Assembly (NCBI GenBank): GCA_963803435.1
Contig: CAWDML010000002.1
Coordinates: forward strand, 1-64,000
From: an uncultured delta proteobacterium
GTDB lineage: Bacteria; Myxococcota; Kuafuiibacteriia; Kuafuiibacteriales; Kuafuiibacteriaceae
Direction of reading: 5' to 3'
DNA length: 64,000 bases
Shown here: positions 1 through 10,633 of the stretch, one piece after another
Layout: each line of letters opens with the position of its first letter
How positions within the stretch are numbered: position 1 is the first letter of the stretch
The notes under the pieces: generated by a model
Seen by the model: the letters and a program-made list of their open reading frames with translations, nothing else
The model's database searches: none
Told to the model about the DNA's origin: nothing
Program-made: the position numbers and the translations under genes

Positions 1-143
1 TTCGACCGAACTGTCCCATAGGCCAGTCTTGACGAACACCATCTCTCTTCGAGTAATCAGCGCGCGCATGCATTCACGTTCACACACGACCGGCACCTCT
101 CTCGATTCGCGACTCGGCGTCATCACGGGGCGTCTCTCGATCG

Positions 144-3100
144 ATGGCGATCCATCGTCCGTGTTGGTGGCGCCCTGATCGCGACCGCGCTCGGGTGTCA
201 GCCTTCGGGCTCCGACACCACCTCGATCTCGGCGCTCGGAGAGATCGAGCCACCCAGCTACCTCGACGCGCCGGCCTCGAGCACAGCGGTCATGTGACGG
301 TGACCTGGGGCGCGAGCCCAACGCAGGGCGTCGATCAGTACAGATCGAGCAGTCCACAGACGGCGAGGTCTGGACGACGGTCTTCGAGGGCTTGGCGTTC
401 ACGACCGAGCTCCACTTCGTCGTAGAGCTCACGGTCCAGCTCCGCGCGCGGGGCTGCCTTCGCCTGACCGGCGAGTGCAGCGACCCCACGTCTCCGGTGC
501 TCGTCACGATCACGCCGAAGTTCCCGGACCTCCTCTCCAGCTCCTATGAGGCGACGTGCCAGCCGCCCTGGAATACCGTCCCCGCGCAAGAGAACGTGGG
601 CGCGACGCCGGCCCAGGCCGATGTCTCCGGAGGCTCGGCCACCTACCGGATCCCGATCGCGCTCGCCCCGGGCCGGAAGGGCGTCCAGCCCTCCGTCGCG
701 CTCGTCTACGACAGCCGCTCCGGCGACGGGGTCGCGGGGATGGGCTTCTCACTCTCGGCGGGGTCTCGGATCCATCGCTGTCCGCGGACGCCGGTGCACG
801 ACGGCGAAGTAGGCGAGGTCGGATTCACTGCGGCGGATCGCCTTTGCCTGGACGGTGAGCGGCTCGTCCTCGTTTATGGAACGTACGGTGCCACGGGCTC
901 ACGGTACAAGACGGAGGTCGACAGCTTCGCCCGGATCACGATGCATGGGGACATCAGCGGATCCAACACGTGGTTCGAGGTCGAGCGGAAGTCAGGGACG
1001 ATCGATCGCTACGGCGCCGTCAGTGGGTACGCGCTCGCGCTCAAGTCGTACGGCGGCACGACCCTCGCGTGGTGGCTGCGGCAAAGCGAGGACCGGCAGC
1101 ACAACGCCGTCCACTACGCCTACGCGACCCTCTCAGGCCAGTTCGTGCTCGCCAGCATCAGCTATACCGGTGTCGGAGACACGCTGGGCGATCGGGTGGT
1201 CGGCTTCACGTACGAGGCCCGCCCGGACAAGCGCACGCGCTACCAGGCGGGCCGGCTCATGCGCACGACCCAGCGCCTGCACGCGATCACGAGTCGAGTC
1301 CAGACCGCCATCGTCCGGCGCTACGAGCTCGGCTACGGCACCAGCCTCGCCACCAGCCGCTCGCTGTTGACCAGCCTGACGGAGTGCACCTCCAACCCGT
1401 GCAATGCCTCGACGAGCCTGCCCCCGACGACATTCGCGTATGATGACGCCCCGCCGTCCTTCGAGGAGCAGCTGCTCCCCAACGGCGAGGGCGACTCGCT
1501 CACGATGAAGCTGGGCGCGGACTACGAAGGCGACGGCACGCGCGATGTGTACCGGATCGGCCTCTCGGATCCGTGGGGCTCCTCCGCGATCTCGAAGGAT
1601 CTCTATCTGTCGAGCGAGTCCGGCCAGCCGCCGCTTTCGTTCATGACCTCACCTTGCGCGGACAGCCTCGAACATACGTACGACCTGTTCCCCGGCTGGG
1701 GCAACCGTGACTTCGATCAGGACGGGCGCGCGGATCTGCTGGGCGCCCGCGCAGACGGCACCTTTGCCATCTGCGACTTCGCGGGCAACGAGACCGGGAG
1801 CGATCTCGTACTCCCAGCCGCGTTCGTGTTCCACGTCGGGGACTTCAACGGCGACGGAAGAAGCGACCTCATGATCAAGCATGACGGTCAGACCGACGTC
1901 GACCTCCAATGCCCACAGATCGGGTCCGACCTCAGGTTCTGCGAGTCCGCGCCGTTCCCGACCTTCGGGATTCCGGAGGAGGTGGCGAACCTGAGCGACT
2001 ACGACGGCGACGGCTTGCCGGACGCGTTCGTGGATTGGAACGGCTCCGGGCTCCCTCCGTCCGGCTATCTGCCCAAGATCGTCTTCACGCGGGTCTCGGG
2101 TGGCGCCGTCACCTTCGACGTCGAGACGCTCGACACCCTCGGCGGACCTGCGGGCTCCTTTCGAGCGAGCCCGACGGCGGCGAGCTACGGCTGGTTCGAT
2201 CTCAACAACGATGGGCTGCTCGACATCTACCGGCTGACGGAGAGCGGTCCGACGTTCTACGTGAACACGGGAGGAGCGTTCACGATCGCCCAGGTAAGCG
2301 GCACCATCGACGTCCCGAATCGTCTGTGGGACGGCGTCCTGATCATGGACTACGACGCGGACGGCGTCTCGGAGATGCTGGTCCCGAGCACGGTCGTCAA
2401 GGAGTGGTGCTACCTCCAGGATGGGACCGAGCCGCACGAGTATTGTTCGCTCGGCTCGCTCGAAGGGCTTACTTTCTTCGTCACCGAAGCGCCCTATCAA
2501 GAGGATCACACAATCTATCAGTACGATGCCATCGAGCTCGTCGACGACGGCGCCGGGGCCTTCACGATCAGTCGAGCCCCAACCCCGGTGGAGGCGCCGC
2601 TGCGCGGCTCTCGCGTCGACGACTACGGCGGCGATGGGCTCGACGACGTCCTCTATCCCATCCGGCGGACCTTCGGGCAGACGACCGGCCAGGGAGAATC
2701 CGGCGCTCCTCGGCAAGTACTATCCCTTCGGCAGCATCCCGCTCGGCTACAAGACCATGCGCCACCTCGGCTCTGTGCCGGACCTCTTGACGCACGTCCA
2801 AAACGGCCTCGGCGCCGAGTCCACCTGGGACTACGCGCCGCTCTCGAGCAGCGGAGTCGCCGGCTGCACCTCACCCCAATCGATCCCGTTCTATCGCGCC
2901 AACTTCGACGAGGCGCCGGACAGCGAGCACTTCTTCTTCACCTCCTCGACGTACGTGGTCGGCCGCTTCGCCACCAGCAACGGCGTCGGCGGCCTGAACC
3001 CGACCTGCTACCGCTACGAAGACGCGATGTACAACAACCAGGGCCGTGGGTTCCTCGGCTTCCGCAAGATCATCGAGGAGCAGGCCCTCGACGACGCGGA

Positions 3101-3928
3101 GAACAATCGGCGCACGGTCACCACCTATCAGCAGAAATTCCCGCTCGTGGGCGCGGCCACCGAGACCACCGTCTCCCTCGCCAGCGATCCGCTCGGCGCG
3201 CCCCCGCTGATGCGGAAGACGCAGCACTGGACGACCACCTGTCCGAGCTATGTCTCGGGTCCGCCCGCGGAGGTCTGCTTCAACTACGTCGACCAGGAGG
3301 TGAGCGAGACCCGTAAGCTCGCGATGCCGCGCGACCTGGTCAGCACGACCACGATCGACCGCGCCTGCGAGGGTTCGGATCTCACCTACGGGAACATGTC
3401 CTGGGAGGAGAAGACAATCACCGACGGCACCTCGACCTACTCCGACCGCACCGACTACAGCTACGACTACGCGGACGTGGGCGCGTGGTGGATCGACCAT
3501 CTCCAGCAGAAGGTGGTCACCACCAACGCCGCCGAGTACTCCGCACCGCCCGAGATGCCGGCATCGCTCTTCCCGGAGAACAACGAGAAGCAGGTGACCA
3601 CCACCTTCGACTTCTACCCCGACACGCATCCGAGCGCGTCCCGACTCGTCCTCTCAATCCACGTCGAAGGAAGGGAGCCCGACGCATGGGCCGAGACCCA
3701 CTTCGACACCTACGACAACTTCGGAAACCTGATCGCGAGCACCGACACGGCCGGCAACCTGCCGAACCCGCGTACCACCGGGCGGACCTACGATCCAGCC
3801 GGCTACTTCCTCGTCACCGAGACCCGCCCGCTCGGTCATCAACAGATCGTCACCACGGATCCAAAGACCGGTCAGGCGACATGGATGCAGGCCCCGAACG
3901 GGCTGGTCGCCACGACCACGCTCGATCC
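144..3928 (+). pseudogene. Large SpvB-domain / FG-GAP / YD(Rhs)-repeat protein (TcB-like Rhs), frameshifted and C-terminally truncated
   Basis: SpvB-like start GGSATYRIPIALAPGRKGVQPSVALVYDS...GVAGMGFSL...RLCLDGERLV, followed by several FG-GAP/VCBS-type repeats (DFNGDGRSDL, DYDGDGLPD, DLNNDGLLD). After a frameshift near 2700 the gene continues in the 2421..3956 frame (LLTHVQNGLG, GRGFLGFRKI, YDNFGNL). Upstream pieces read as a lipobox-like ALIATALGC and an FN3-like segment (VTVTW...IEQSTDGEVW), joined by further indels near 285 and 342. The reading frame is cut at about 3928 by transposase sequence. The true start is uncertain. Confidence 0.85.
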
Positions 3929-4645
3929 GAGTACGGTTTCAAGCAGGCGCTTCTGACCGGCGGACGGCCGCGCACCTACTACGTCGATCGCGGTGCGGCC
4001 TACATAGCGGGCTCGCTCGCCGCGATTTGCGCCGAGCTCGGCATCCATCTCGTCCACACCGCTCCCAAGGACTGCGAGGCAAAAGGTGCGATCGAAAGGT
4101 GGCACCGCACGTGGCGCGAGGAGGTTGGCGATGAGCTCGGCGAGCGCCTCCTCACCCTCGACGAGCTCAACAGCCTGCACTGGGCCTGGCTCGGGGCCGA
4201 GTACCACGCGCGCCGGCACGACACGACGGCCCGCGAGCCGCGAGCCCACTGGCTCGAGCAAGCACGGCACCTGCGCGCGCTCCCCAAGGACAAGAAGATC
4301 GACGAGGTCTTCCTGCACCGCGCAAAGCGCACCGTCCGAAAGGACGGCACGGTCCGCTTCGGTGGGCGCTTCCTCGAGGTCCGCGCCGAGCTCACCGGTC
4401 GTGTCGTCGAGCTACGCTTCGACCCGACCGATCAAGACGCCCGCCCGCGCGTCTTCGTCGAGGACCGCTTCGTCTGCGACGCCGTGCCCCTCGACCGCAT
4501 TCGAAACGCCACCCGCAGGCGCCGCCGGGATCTCGGCGTGCCGGATCCCACCGCCGAGCCGAGCGGACTCGACCCACTCCAGCTCATCGAGCGCGACCAC
4601 TACGAGCGCACCCGCGTGCGCCATGACGACGAAACGGAGGACTGA
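3929..4645 (+). pseudogene. DDE transposase (Mu/TnsB/rve-like), C-terminal part only
   Basis: YYVDRGAAY...KGAIERWHRT (second D and the E of the DDE triad) plus a Mu-type C-terminal domain (RTVRKDGTVRFGGRFLEV...VELRFDP). Closely homologous to the 25994-27363 transposase. Confidence 0.9.
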
Positions 4646-4648
4646 TTC

Positions 4649-5464
4649 ATGTACCGCAAACGCTTCGGCCTCACCGGCCACCCCATGCCCAAGGACGCAC
4701 AGGGCAAGACCTTCATCGAGAGCGGAGACGGCTACGCCCGCCTCGGGCGCGCCTTTCGCCGGCTCGCCGACGAGCCCGGTCTCGGACTCCTCACAGGCGA
4801 GGCGGGCCTGGGAAAGACCGCCGCGATGCGCAACCTCTGTGCGCAGCTCCCGAAGCCCGACTACCTCGTCATCTATCACTGCGACACCGCCGTCGCGCCG
4901 CTCGATCTCTATCGCTCTTTGGCGATCGAGCTCGGCGTCCGCCCGTCGCACCGGCGCGCCCAGCTGTGGGCCGACATCAAGAAGGCGCTCCTCCACATGG
5001 TCGACGAGCGAAACACCGCGCCGATCGTCGTCATCGACGAGGCCCAGCACCTCACTGATCGATTCCTCATCGATCTGTCCGGCTTCCTCAACTTCGCCTT
5101 CGACAGCCGCGACATCCTCACCATGTGGTTGGTGGGGCTCCCGCAGCTCAGCCGCCACCTCCAGATGCAGCAACACGCGCCGCTCGCGATGCGCATCGCC
5201 GCGCGCGTACACATGGAGCCCTGGGCGGACCGCGAAGCCTTCACCGCCGTGATCCACCAGAGCATAGAGGCCGTCGGAGGCAAGAAGAAGATCCTCAGCG
5301 ACCCCGCCATGGAAATGCTCTTTCGGAGCAGCCGCGGGCTCCTTCGCGTCGCCGCCCAGCTGCTGCGCGAGGCGCTCCGCGTCGCGCACGAGCGCGATCA
5401 GGACTTCGTGGACGAGCACGTGATGGAGGAGGCCGTCGACAACGTCCTCGCGCCGGCGCCATGA
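4649..5464 (+). CDS. ExeA/TniB/TnsC-like AAA+ ATPase (transposition helper)
   Basis: Walker A GEAGLGKT, Walker B VVIDEAQ, LVGLPQL motif. Lies directly downstream of the transposase. Confidence 0.9.
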   Translation: MYRKRFGLTGHPMPKDAQGKTFIESGDGYARLGRAFRRLADEPGLGLLTGEAGLGKTAAMRNLCAQLPKPDYLVIYHCDTAVAPLDLYRSLAIELGVRPSHRRAQLWADIKKALLHMVDERNTAPIVVIDEAQHLTDRFLIDLSGFLNFAFDSRDILTMWLVGLPQLSRHLQMQQHAPLAMRIAARVHMEPWADREAFTAVIHQSIEAVGGKKKILSDPAMEMLFRSSRGLLRVAAQLLREALRVAHERDQDFVDEHVMEEAVDNVLAPAP

Positions 5465-6486
5465 GCACCGCACCCCTCCCGGTATGCCCGGTCGGCGAGC
5501 TCGACCCTCCCAGCGACGAGGAGCGTTGGCTCGTCGAGCCGCTGTGGACGCGCGCGGCCGTCGGATTCATTGGCGGCGTCCCCAAGCTCGGGAAGACATG
5601 GCTCGGCCTCGACCTCGCGCTGTCCGTCGCAACGAGCACGCCCTGTCTCGGCCGCTACGTCGTCAAGGATCCCGGGCGCGCGCTCGTGTATCTCGCCGAG
5701 GATCACACCTCGCTGGTACGGCAGCGTCTCGAGGGGCTCTGCCGCCTCCGCGGCCTCGACATCACCAAGGTCGAGGTCGACGTGATCACCGCTCCGAGCC
5801 TCCGCCTCGACCTGCCGCGCGACCAGGAGCGCTTGCTCGAGACGGTGCGGCAGCGCCGCCCCCGTGTCGTGCTCCTGGATCCGCTCGTCCGCCTGCATCG
5901 CGTGGACGAGAACAGCGCCGGCGATGTCTCCGGCCTGCTCGCGTTTCTCCGCGATCTCCAGCGCGCTTGTGACGTCGCAGTCGTCCTCGTCCACCACATG
6001 CGAAAGACCGGCGGCGCTTCGGGGCAGTCGCTCCGCGGCTCGGGAGACTTCCACGCTTGGATTGATTCCGGCTGCTATCTGCGCCGCACCCGCGAGGGTG
6101 TCGTGCTTCGTGTCGAGCATCGATCGGCGCCATCGCCCGATCCGATCCTGCTCGAGCTCACCTCTGACGATGACGGCGAGAACACCCGGCTTGAAGTCGT
6201 GAACGCCAGCGATGATGCGCCGCCTCCAGCAGCGCCCATCGTCTTGCGGCTCGCCGACAGAATCCTCGATGCGCTCGGCGCCGCGGGCGGACCGATGACG
6301 AAGGCGGCGCTGCGGAAGGCGTTACAGATCAACAACCAGCGCCTCGGCGACGAGCTCGCGAGCCTCGAGGCACAATCACGCGTCGTGCACGGAGCCGCCG
6401 GCTGGGATCTCGAGCGTTCCAGCGGAGGCGTTCCGCGAAAACCCACAGAGCGCCGGAACGGAACGCCGGAACGGTCCTCGTACTGA
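5461..6486 (+). CDS. RepA/AAA_25-type RecA-fold ATPase with probable C-terminal winged HTH
   Basis: ATG at 5461 overlaps the previous stop (ATGA). Motifs WLVEPLW, GGVPKLGKT (Walker A), VYLAED, LLDP (Walker B), LVHHMRK and LRGSGDF are typical of RepA/DnaB-like AAA_25 proteins. C-terminal ILDAL...MTKAALRKAL...LASLE. Confidence 0.85.
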   Translation: MSTAPLPVCPVGELDPPSDEERWLVEPLWTRAAVGFIGGVPKLGKTWLGLDLALSVATSTPCLGRYVVKDPGRALVYLAEDHTSLVRQRLEGLCRLRGLDITKVEVDVITAPSLRLDLPRDQERLLETVRQRRPRVVLLDPLVRLHRVDENSAGDVSGLLAFLRDLQRACDVAVVLVHHMRKTGGASGQSLRGSGDFHAWIDSGCYLRRTREGVVLRVEHRSAPSPDPILLELTSDDDGENTRLEVVNASDDAPPPAAPIVLRLADRILDALGAAGGPMTKAALRKALQINNQRLGDELASLEAQSRVVHGAAGWDLERSSGGVPRKPTERRNGTPERSSY

Positions 6487-6700
6487 TCATCGATTCGGCC
6501 GGCAGGGCGTGGCCAACAAACTCGGGCAACGGTGGCGACCGACCCGGACCCAAACCGGATGCGCCCTGCCGGCCGTCCCCCGTCGACCGGCCATCCGGGA
6601 GGGGACAAACGCAGTCAACGAGTCAGCGGGTCGGCCGGACGAAGCTCATGTCCTCACGAGACTCCGGGACAAAGCTCCGTTAGCAGTGCGGGCTGGTACA

Positions 6701-7178
6701 CGGGTGTGGGTCAAGATCAACGCGAGCGAGACCGTGTGCGATGGGGTCGACAACGACAACGACGGCACGGTGGACGACGGCTTGAGCGGATGCTCCGAGG
6801 ACCATGATCACAAGCGGCTCGCGGTCGGGAGCCTCTATCAAGGCGATGGCGCGAGCGCCGTGAACCTGGTCGACGGCAACCTGATCGTGCGCCAGGTAGA
6901 CGCCGTCGTGCAGGGGCCATTCGGGCCGCTGGTTCTCTCGCGGACCTACGACTCGCGGCGGGACACATCGGATGCTGCTGTGGGCGATGGCTGGACCCAC
7001 TCGTTCGCGGTCTACCTGAAGCAGATGGTCTCCGGCGATGACCGATGGCGCGTGCAAACGGCTTCGGGCGAGATGCAGTACTTCCGATGCACGTCCTATG
7101 CTTCGTCGATGGCGTGCGTGATCGACGATCACCATGTTCGCGGCAACCTGCGCCGGTCGGGCGGCCGGTTCTACTACT
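6701..7178 (+). pseudogene. Internal N-terminal fragment of a second Rhs protein (MopE-like metal-binding repeat plus DUF6531-like domain)
   Basis: ETVCDGVDNDNDGTVDD repeat, then VNLVDGNL...LVLSRTYDSR...VGDGWTHSF, which is typical of the domain that precedes Rhs cores. Ends RSGGRFYY at the insertion site and resumes at 10721. Confidence 0.85.
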
Positions 7179-7295
7179 TGCGGATGTCAAACACCAGCCA
7201 AGGTCGAAACCCCGGACTCGCAACAAGAGAGGATCGGCCCGGTCGACCGGCTGGCCGAGGACCGCGGAGGCAGGATCGAAGGGGGCTACGCCGGG

Positions 7296-7319
7296 GCGGC
7301 ATTTGGGGATGCCGCTTTT
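7296..7319 (+). terminator. Possible intrinsic terminator inside the left end of the element
   Basis: Stem GCGGCAT / ATGCCGC with a 6-nt loop, followed by TTTT. Confidence 0.35.
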
Positions 7320-7392
7320 CCCGGCTCCGCCCTGTGCCGGCCAGCCTCTGTTGAGATGAGTCGTCGCCCGCAACTTCGCTTGCAGCCCCCGA

Positions 7393-9321
7393 TCACCTGA
7401 TCGGCCAGACGAGGCGTGCGAGACGGCGCTCGAGTGCAGAACGGTCGCGCGTCGAGAGGGAGAAGTGAGCGTGGATCCGTCGGGCGAGCGAGCGAAAGTG
7501 GTCTCGATGGAGCTCGTCAGGCTGCTCGCGCAGGAGGCTTGCGGTCGAGTCGATCCAGAAGAAGCGATCGATCATCCGGTCCGCGGAGAGCGCGCGGTCG
7601 ATGAGATCTCGGAGCGCGGCTTTGGGCTCTTGGTGAAGCGCGAGCACGGCGCGCTTCTGTTCGTCGAGGTGAGCGAGCCAGTGGTCTCTGAGCGCGACGC
7701 GCTCGTTGATGAGCGCGAGGGTGATGGCGTCGGCTTCGTGGACGTGGGCGAGGTTCTTGACGATGCCGAGGAGGTATCGCGCGTCGGCGGAGTCGGGGAG
7801 CGTGCCGCGGTTCCGCTTGCCCTCGAAGATGGCGATGCTCTCGGCGACAGTGTCGCGGTCGTAGCGTGCGATGGCGGTGCGGAAGTGATGCTCGGGATTG
7901 AGGAGACCGAGGCGCGCGAAGGCGTCACCGAGCGCGTGGAGGACGAGCGGGTCCGACCGTGCAAGCTGAGTTGCATACGCTCGTTCCTGTCGTCGCCGGC
8001 GTTCTTCGAGGGCCTGCTTGGCCCGCGCGATCTCCTCCTCGGTCGGCGATGAGGAGAGGTAGAGGTCGACGCGGGTCCTCCAGGATCGGTCTTTACGCGG
8101 GCGATGGTTGAGCGTTCGCGCGAAGGTCTGGACGCGCAGTCGGAGGAGTTCGCGGGCGAGCTCGCGCGGGGTGGTCGCGCGGACGGCGAGCGGGGGCGCC
8201 TCCTGGGAGAAGAGCCCGAAGGCGCCCTCCACGTGCGCCTTGTTCTCGGGCCGCCCGAGCGTGGCGCGGATGCGAAGCGTATCGCCCAGCGCGGCGTCGA
8301 CCTCATCGGTGTGATTCGAAGGACGGTTGTCGAGGAGCAAGGCGAGTGGCGGTGCGCCGGTGGTGTTCACTCCGTCCTCGAAGGACTCGACGACGGCGCC
8401 GCTGTCCTCCTCGTCGCGGATCGAGGCGCCGACGAAGGCGCCGGAGGCGGTGTCAACGTCGAGCTCGAGGTTGAAGAGGAACGGTTCGTCGTTGACGTGC
8501 ACGAGGACCTCCATGCCGTCTCCGACCCACTGAGCTCCGGGAAAGAAGCTCTCGAAGGTGTCCTTGGTCGCCTTCTCATCAGGAGACCGTCCTTTCCTCG
8601 GACGCGGTGTCCGTTCGCCGTGGACGAAGAGGATGCGTGCGATGAACGAGCCGCCGTAGGGCAGGCGCAGGTGTTGGCGGACGTGGGAGACGAACGAGGA
8701 GAAGTCTCCGCACCAGGTCTTGTAGGCGGCGAGGATCGATTCGATGTGGATCGAACGCGCCTCGTCGGGCTCGGCGACGGGCTCGTCGTTGGTTGATGCG
8801 ACCGGTTCGAGCGCATCGCCTTGGGTGCGGCGCCAGTCCTCGAGGGTGGGCAGAGGCACGCAGGTGGCCGCTGCGAAGCGGGCGAGCTCGAGGTCCGGGT
8901 GCGCCTCGCGGAGCTCGAGGATGCGGACGCGGAAGGCGTCGGAGTAGATGCGGCGTAGTGCCGTCCCCGAGACGCAGCCGGGATGGGCCATGACGAATTC
9001 GAGCACGGCGTGCGCGATGACGAGGTCCTCACCCGAGAGCGGACGAGGATCCGATCTCACCGGCCGCCCGACGGCGCCGACCAGCCCCAAGAGCACCTCT
9101 TCGAGACGGGCAGCGATCTCGTAGGCGCGGCTCTTCGCAACCTGGGTGGCCTCGAGGATCGCCGCGACGCTGGGATGAGGGAGCCCGAGGCGATCGAGGT
9201 GCTGGCGCGCGCACAAAAGGAGCGCCGCGAGGGCGGTGGAGGGGACAGCGGGCGTGGGATCGAGTAGAGCAGTCAGCGGCGGGTCCTCCGGTTCCTCGGA
9301 AAGGTTTGTTTCGCAACTCAC
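7393..9321 (-). CDS. Large DDE/rve integrase-core protein (second transposase-like gene)
   Basis: WVGDG...LDVDTASG...LLLDNRPSN...ENKAHVEGAFG...LNHRPR resembles an rve core. HTH-like segments lie N-terminal and a long helical tail C-terminal. Confidence 0.75.
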   Translation of the reverse strand: MSCETNLSEEPEDPPLTALLDPTPAVPSTALAALLLCARQHLDRLGLPHPSVAAILEATQVAKSRAYEIAARLEEVLLGLVGAVGRPVRSDPRPLSGEDLVIAHAVLEFVMAHPGCVSGTALRRIYSDAFRVRILELREAHPDLELARFAAATCVPLPTLEDWRRTQGDALEPVASTNDEPVAEPDEARSIHIESILAAYKTWCGDFSSFVSHVRQHLRLPYGGSFIARILFVHGERTPRPRKGRSPDEKATKDTFESFFPGAQWVGDGMEVLVHVNDEPFLFNLELDVDTASGAFVGASIRDEEDSGAVVESFEDGVNTTGAPPLALLLDNRPSNHTDEVDAALGDTLRIRATLGRPENKAHVEGAFGLFSQEAPPLAVRATTPRELARELLRLRVQTFARTLNHRPRKDRSWRTRVDLYLSSSPTEEEIARAKQALEERRRRQERAYATQLARSDPLVLHALGDAFARLGLLNPEHHFRTAIARYDRDTVAESIAIFEGKRNRGTLPDSADARYLLGIVKNLAHVHEADAITLALINERVALRDHWLAHLDEQKRAVLALHQEPKAALRDLIDRALSADRMIDRFFWIDSTASLLREQPDELHRDHFRSLARRIHAHFSLSTRDRSALERRLARLVWPIR

Positions 9322-9352
9322 CCTTGCCGCAGGAGGCGAAGGACCGCCACCT

Positions 9353-10633
9353 TCAATCGCGAAGCTCGAGGATCCGGCGGCCCATCAACCAGACCTCGGG
9401 CACGCCGTCCTTGGTGACGACCTTGAAGAGCTCGAGCCGGCGATCGCGCAGATCGAGATCGTCCTTGTCCTGTCCGGCGCCGGCCTCAATGCGCGCGAGG
9501 ACCTCGTCCGCCCGCCCGTAGTACCGATCCGCCGGAACGAGCAGACCGCCGAGCGCGTGGTGGGTCCGCGCGTGGTTGTACCAGTGCAGGTGCGCGGCGA
9601 GCCGGCGTCGCATCTCCGCGAGGTCGTAGAACCGGTTCACGTCGAACAGCTCGGTGTGGAGGTTGCCGTTGAACGCCTCGATCTTTCCGTTCCACTCCTT
9701 CTCCTGGGCCACGATCTGATCGATCCCGAGCTCCGTCAGGTACGCGGTGAAGCGCGAGACGCCGCGCCACGACCAGAACGCGGCACCCTTATCGTGCAGC
9801 ACCATCTCCGGCTTTCCGTGACGCGCGATCGCGTCCTCGAAAGTCTCGATCACGAAGTCGGCGCGCTCCGCGTCGCTCACGCCGTGTCCGGTGACGAAGC
9901 GGGCGCAGTCGTCGAGCAGGATCAAGGTGTGGGCATCAGCGCGGTTGATGAAGCGATGCACGTAATCGAGGTGCCACATGTGATTGGGTCGCACGGCCTC
10001 GAACCGCTCGTCGTGCTTCTTCCTCTTCACCCGCGGCGGTCGGTAGCCCGCGTCCTCCATTACCCGCCGCACCGTCCGCGTCGAGACCTTGATGCCTTTG
10101 CGCCGGAGCTGGTTCCGGATCTGGCTGGGGCCGAGGCCGGGGTGACGCTTCCACTCGGCCAGGATCTCCTGGTCACGCTGCGCCTCGATCTCGTCCGGTG
10201 CCGGTCCGCTCGTCGGTGCGGGGGCCTCACCCTTCGCCGCCTTCCTCGCCTTCGCGCGCCAGTCGTAGACGGTGAAGCGACTCATGCCCAGCTTCTCGGC
10301 GGCGGCCTGCACGCCGTGCTTCGACGCGTACTCGACGGCTTCGGCGATCTGCGAGGGCGTGTACTTCTTCGCCGTGCGGCCCCGCTCTACCTTCGCCTCG
10401 CCTCCTCGCTCCTTCTTCAGCTTGCTAGCCAACCTTCGTTTCGAATTGCTTCGAGCACTTCGCTCTTCACGCGACTTCGCGAGCCAGCGACTGACGTTGC
10501 TCTGATCGATGCCATGCTTCTTCGCCGCCGCGCAGACGCCGATCTTCTGCGCCTCGTCGACGACAGCGCGCCGCTGCTCCTCGGTGTACGAACGCCGTTC
10601 CTTGCTGCGCCTGCCACGTCTCTTCGTTGCCAT
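9353..10633 (-). CDS. IS481/IS3-like DDE transposase
   Basis: Two N-terminal HTH modules (YTEEQRRAVV, YTPSQIAEAV), then WHLDY, LLDDCARF, LHDKG, NGKIEAFN and YNHARTHHALG. Confidence 0.93.
   Translation of the reverse strand: MATKRRGRRSKERRSYTEEQRRAVVDEAQKIGVCAAAKKHGIDQSNVSRWLAKSREERSARSNSKRRLASKLKKERGGEAKVERGRTAKKYTPSQIAEAVEYASKHGVQAAAEKLGMSRFTVYDWRAKARKAAKGEAPAPTSGPAPDEIEAQRDQEILAEWKRHPGLGPSQIRNQLRRKGIKVSTRTVRRVMEDAGYRPPRVKRKKHDERFEAVRPNHMWHLDYVHRFINRADAHTLILLDDCARFVTGHGVSDAERADFVIETFEDAIARHGKPEMVLHDKGAAFWSWRGVSRFTAYLTELGIDQIVAQEKEWNGKIEAFNGNLHTELFDVNRFYDLAEMRRRLAAHLHWYNHARTHHALGGLLVPADRYYGRADEVLARIEAGAGQDKDDLDLRDRRLELFKVVTKDGVPEVWLMGRRILELRD

Larger units (their letters stand above)
3929..6700 (+). 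mobile_element. 5'-truncated TGT...ACA transposon (copy 1): transposase C-terminus, AAA ATPase, RepA/AAA_25-like ATPase
   Basis: Same gene order as the complete element at 20563-28268. The right end reads GGGCTGGTACA at 6690-6700, the reverse complement of TGTACCAGCCC at 20563. The left end and the first half of the transposase are missing. Confidence 0.85.

Noticed and set aside
392-3928. Complete Tc (ABC) insecticidal toxin locus
   Set aside because: Only a TcB-like/Rhs fragment is present. There is no TcA gene, and the gene is truncated.
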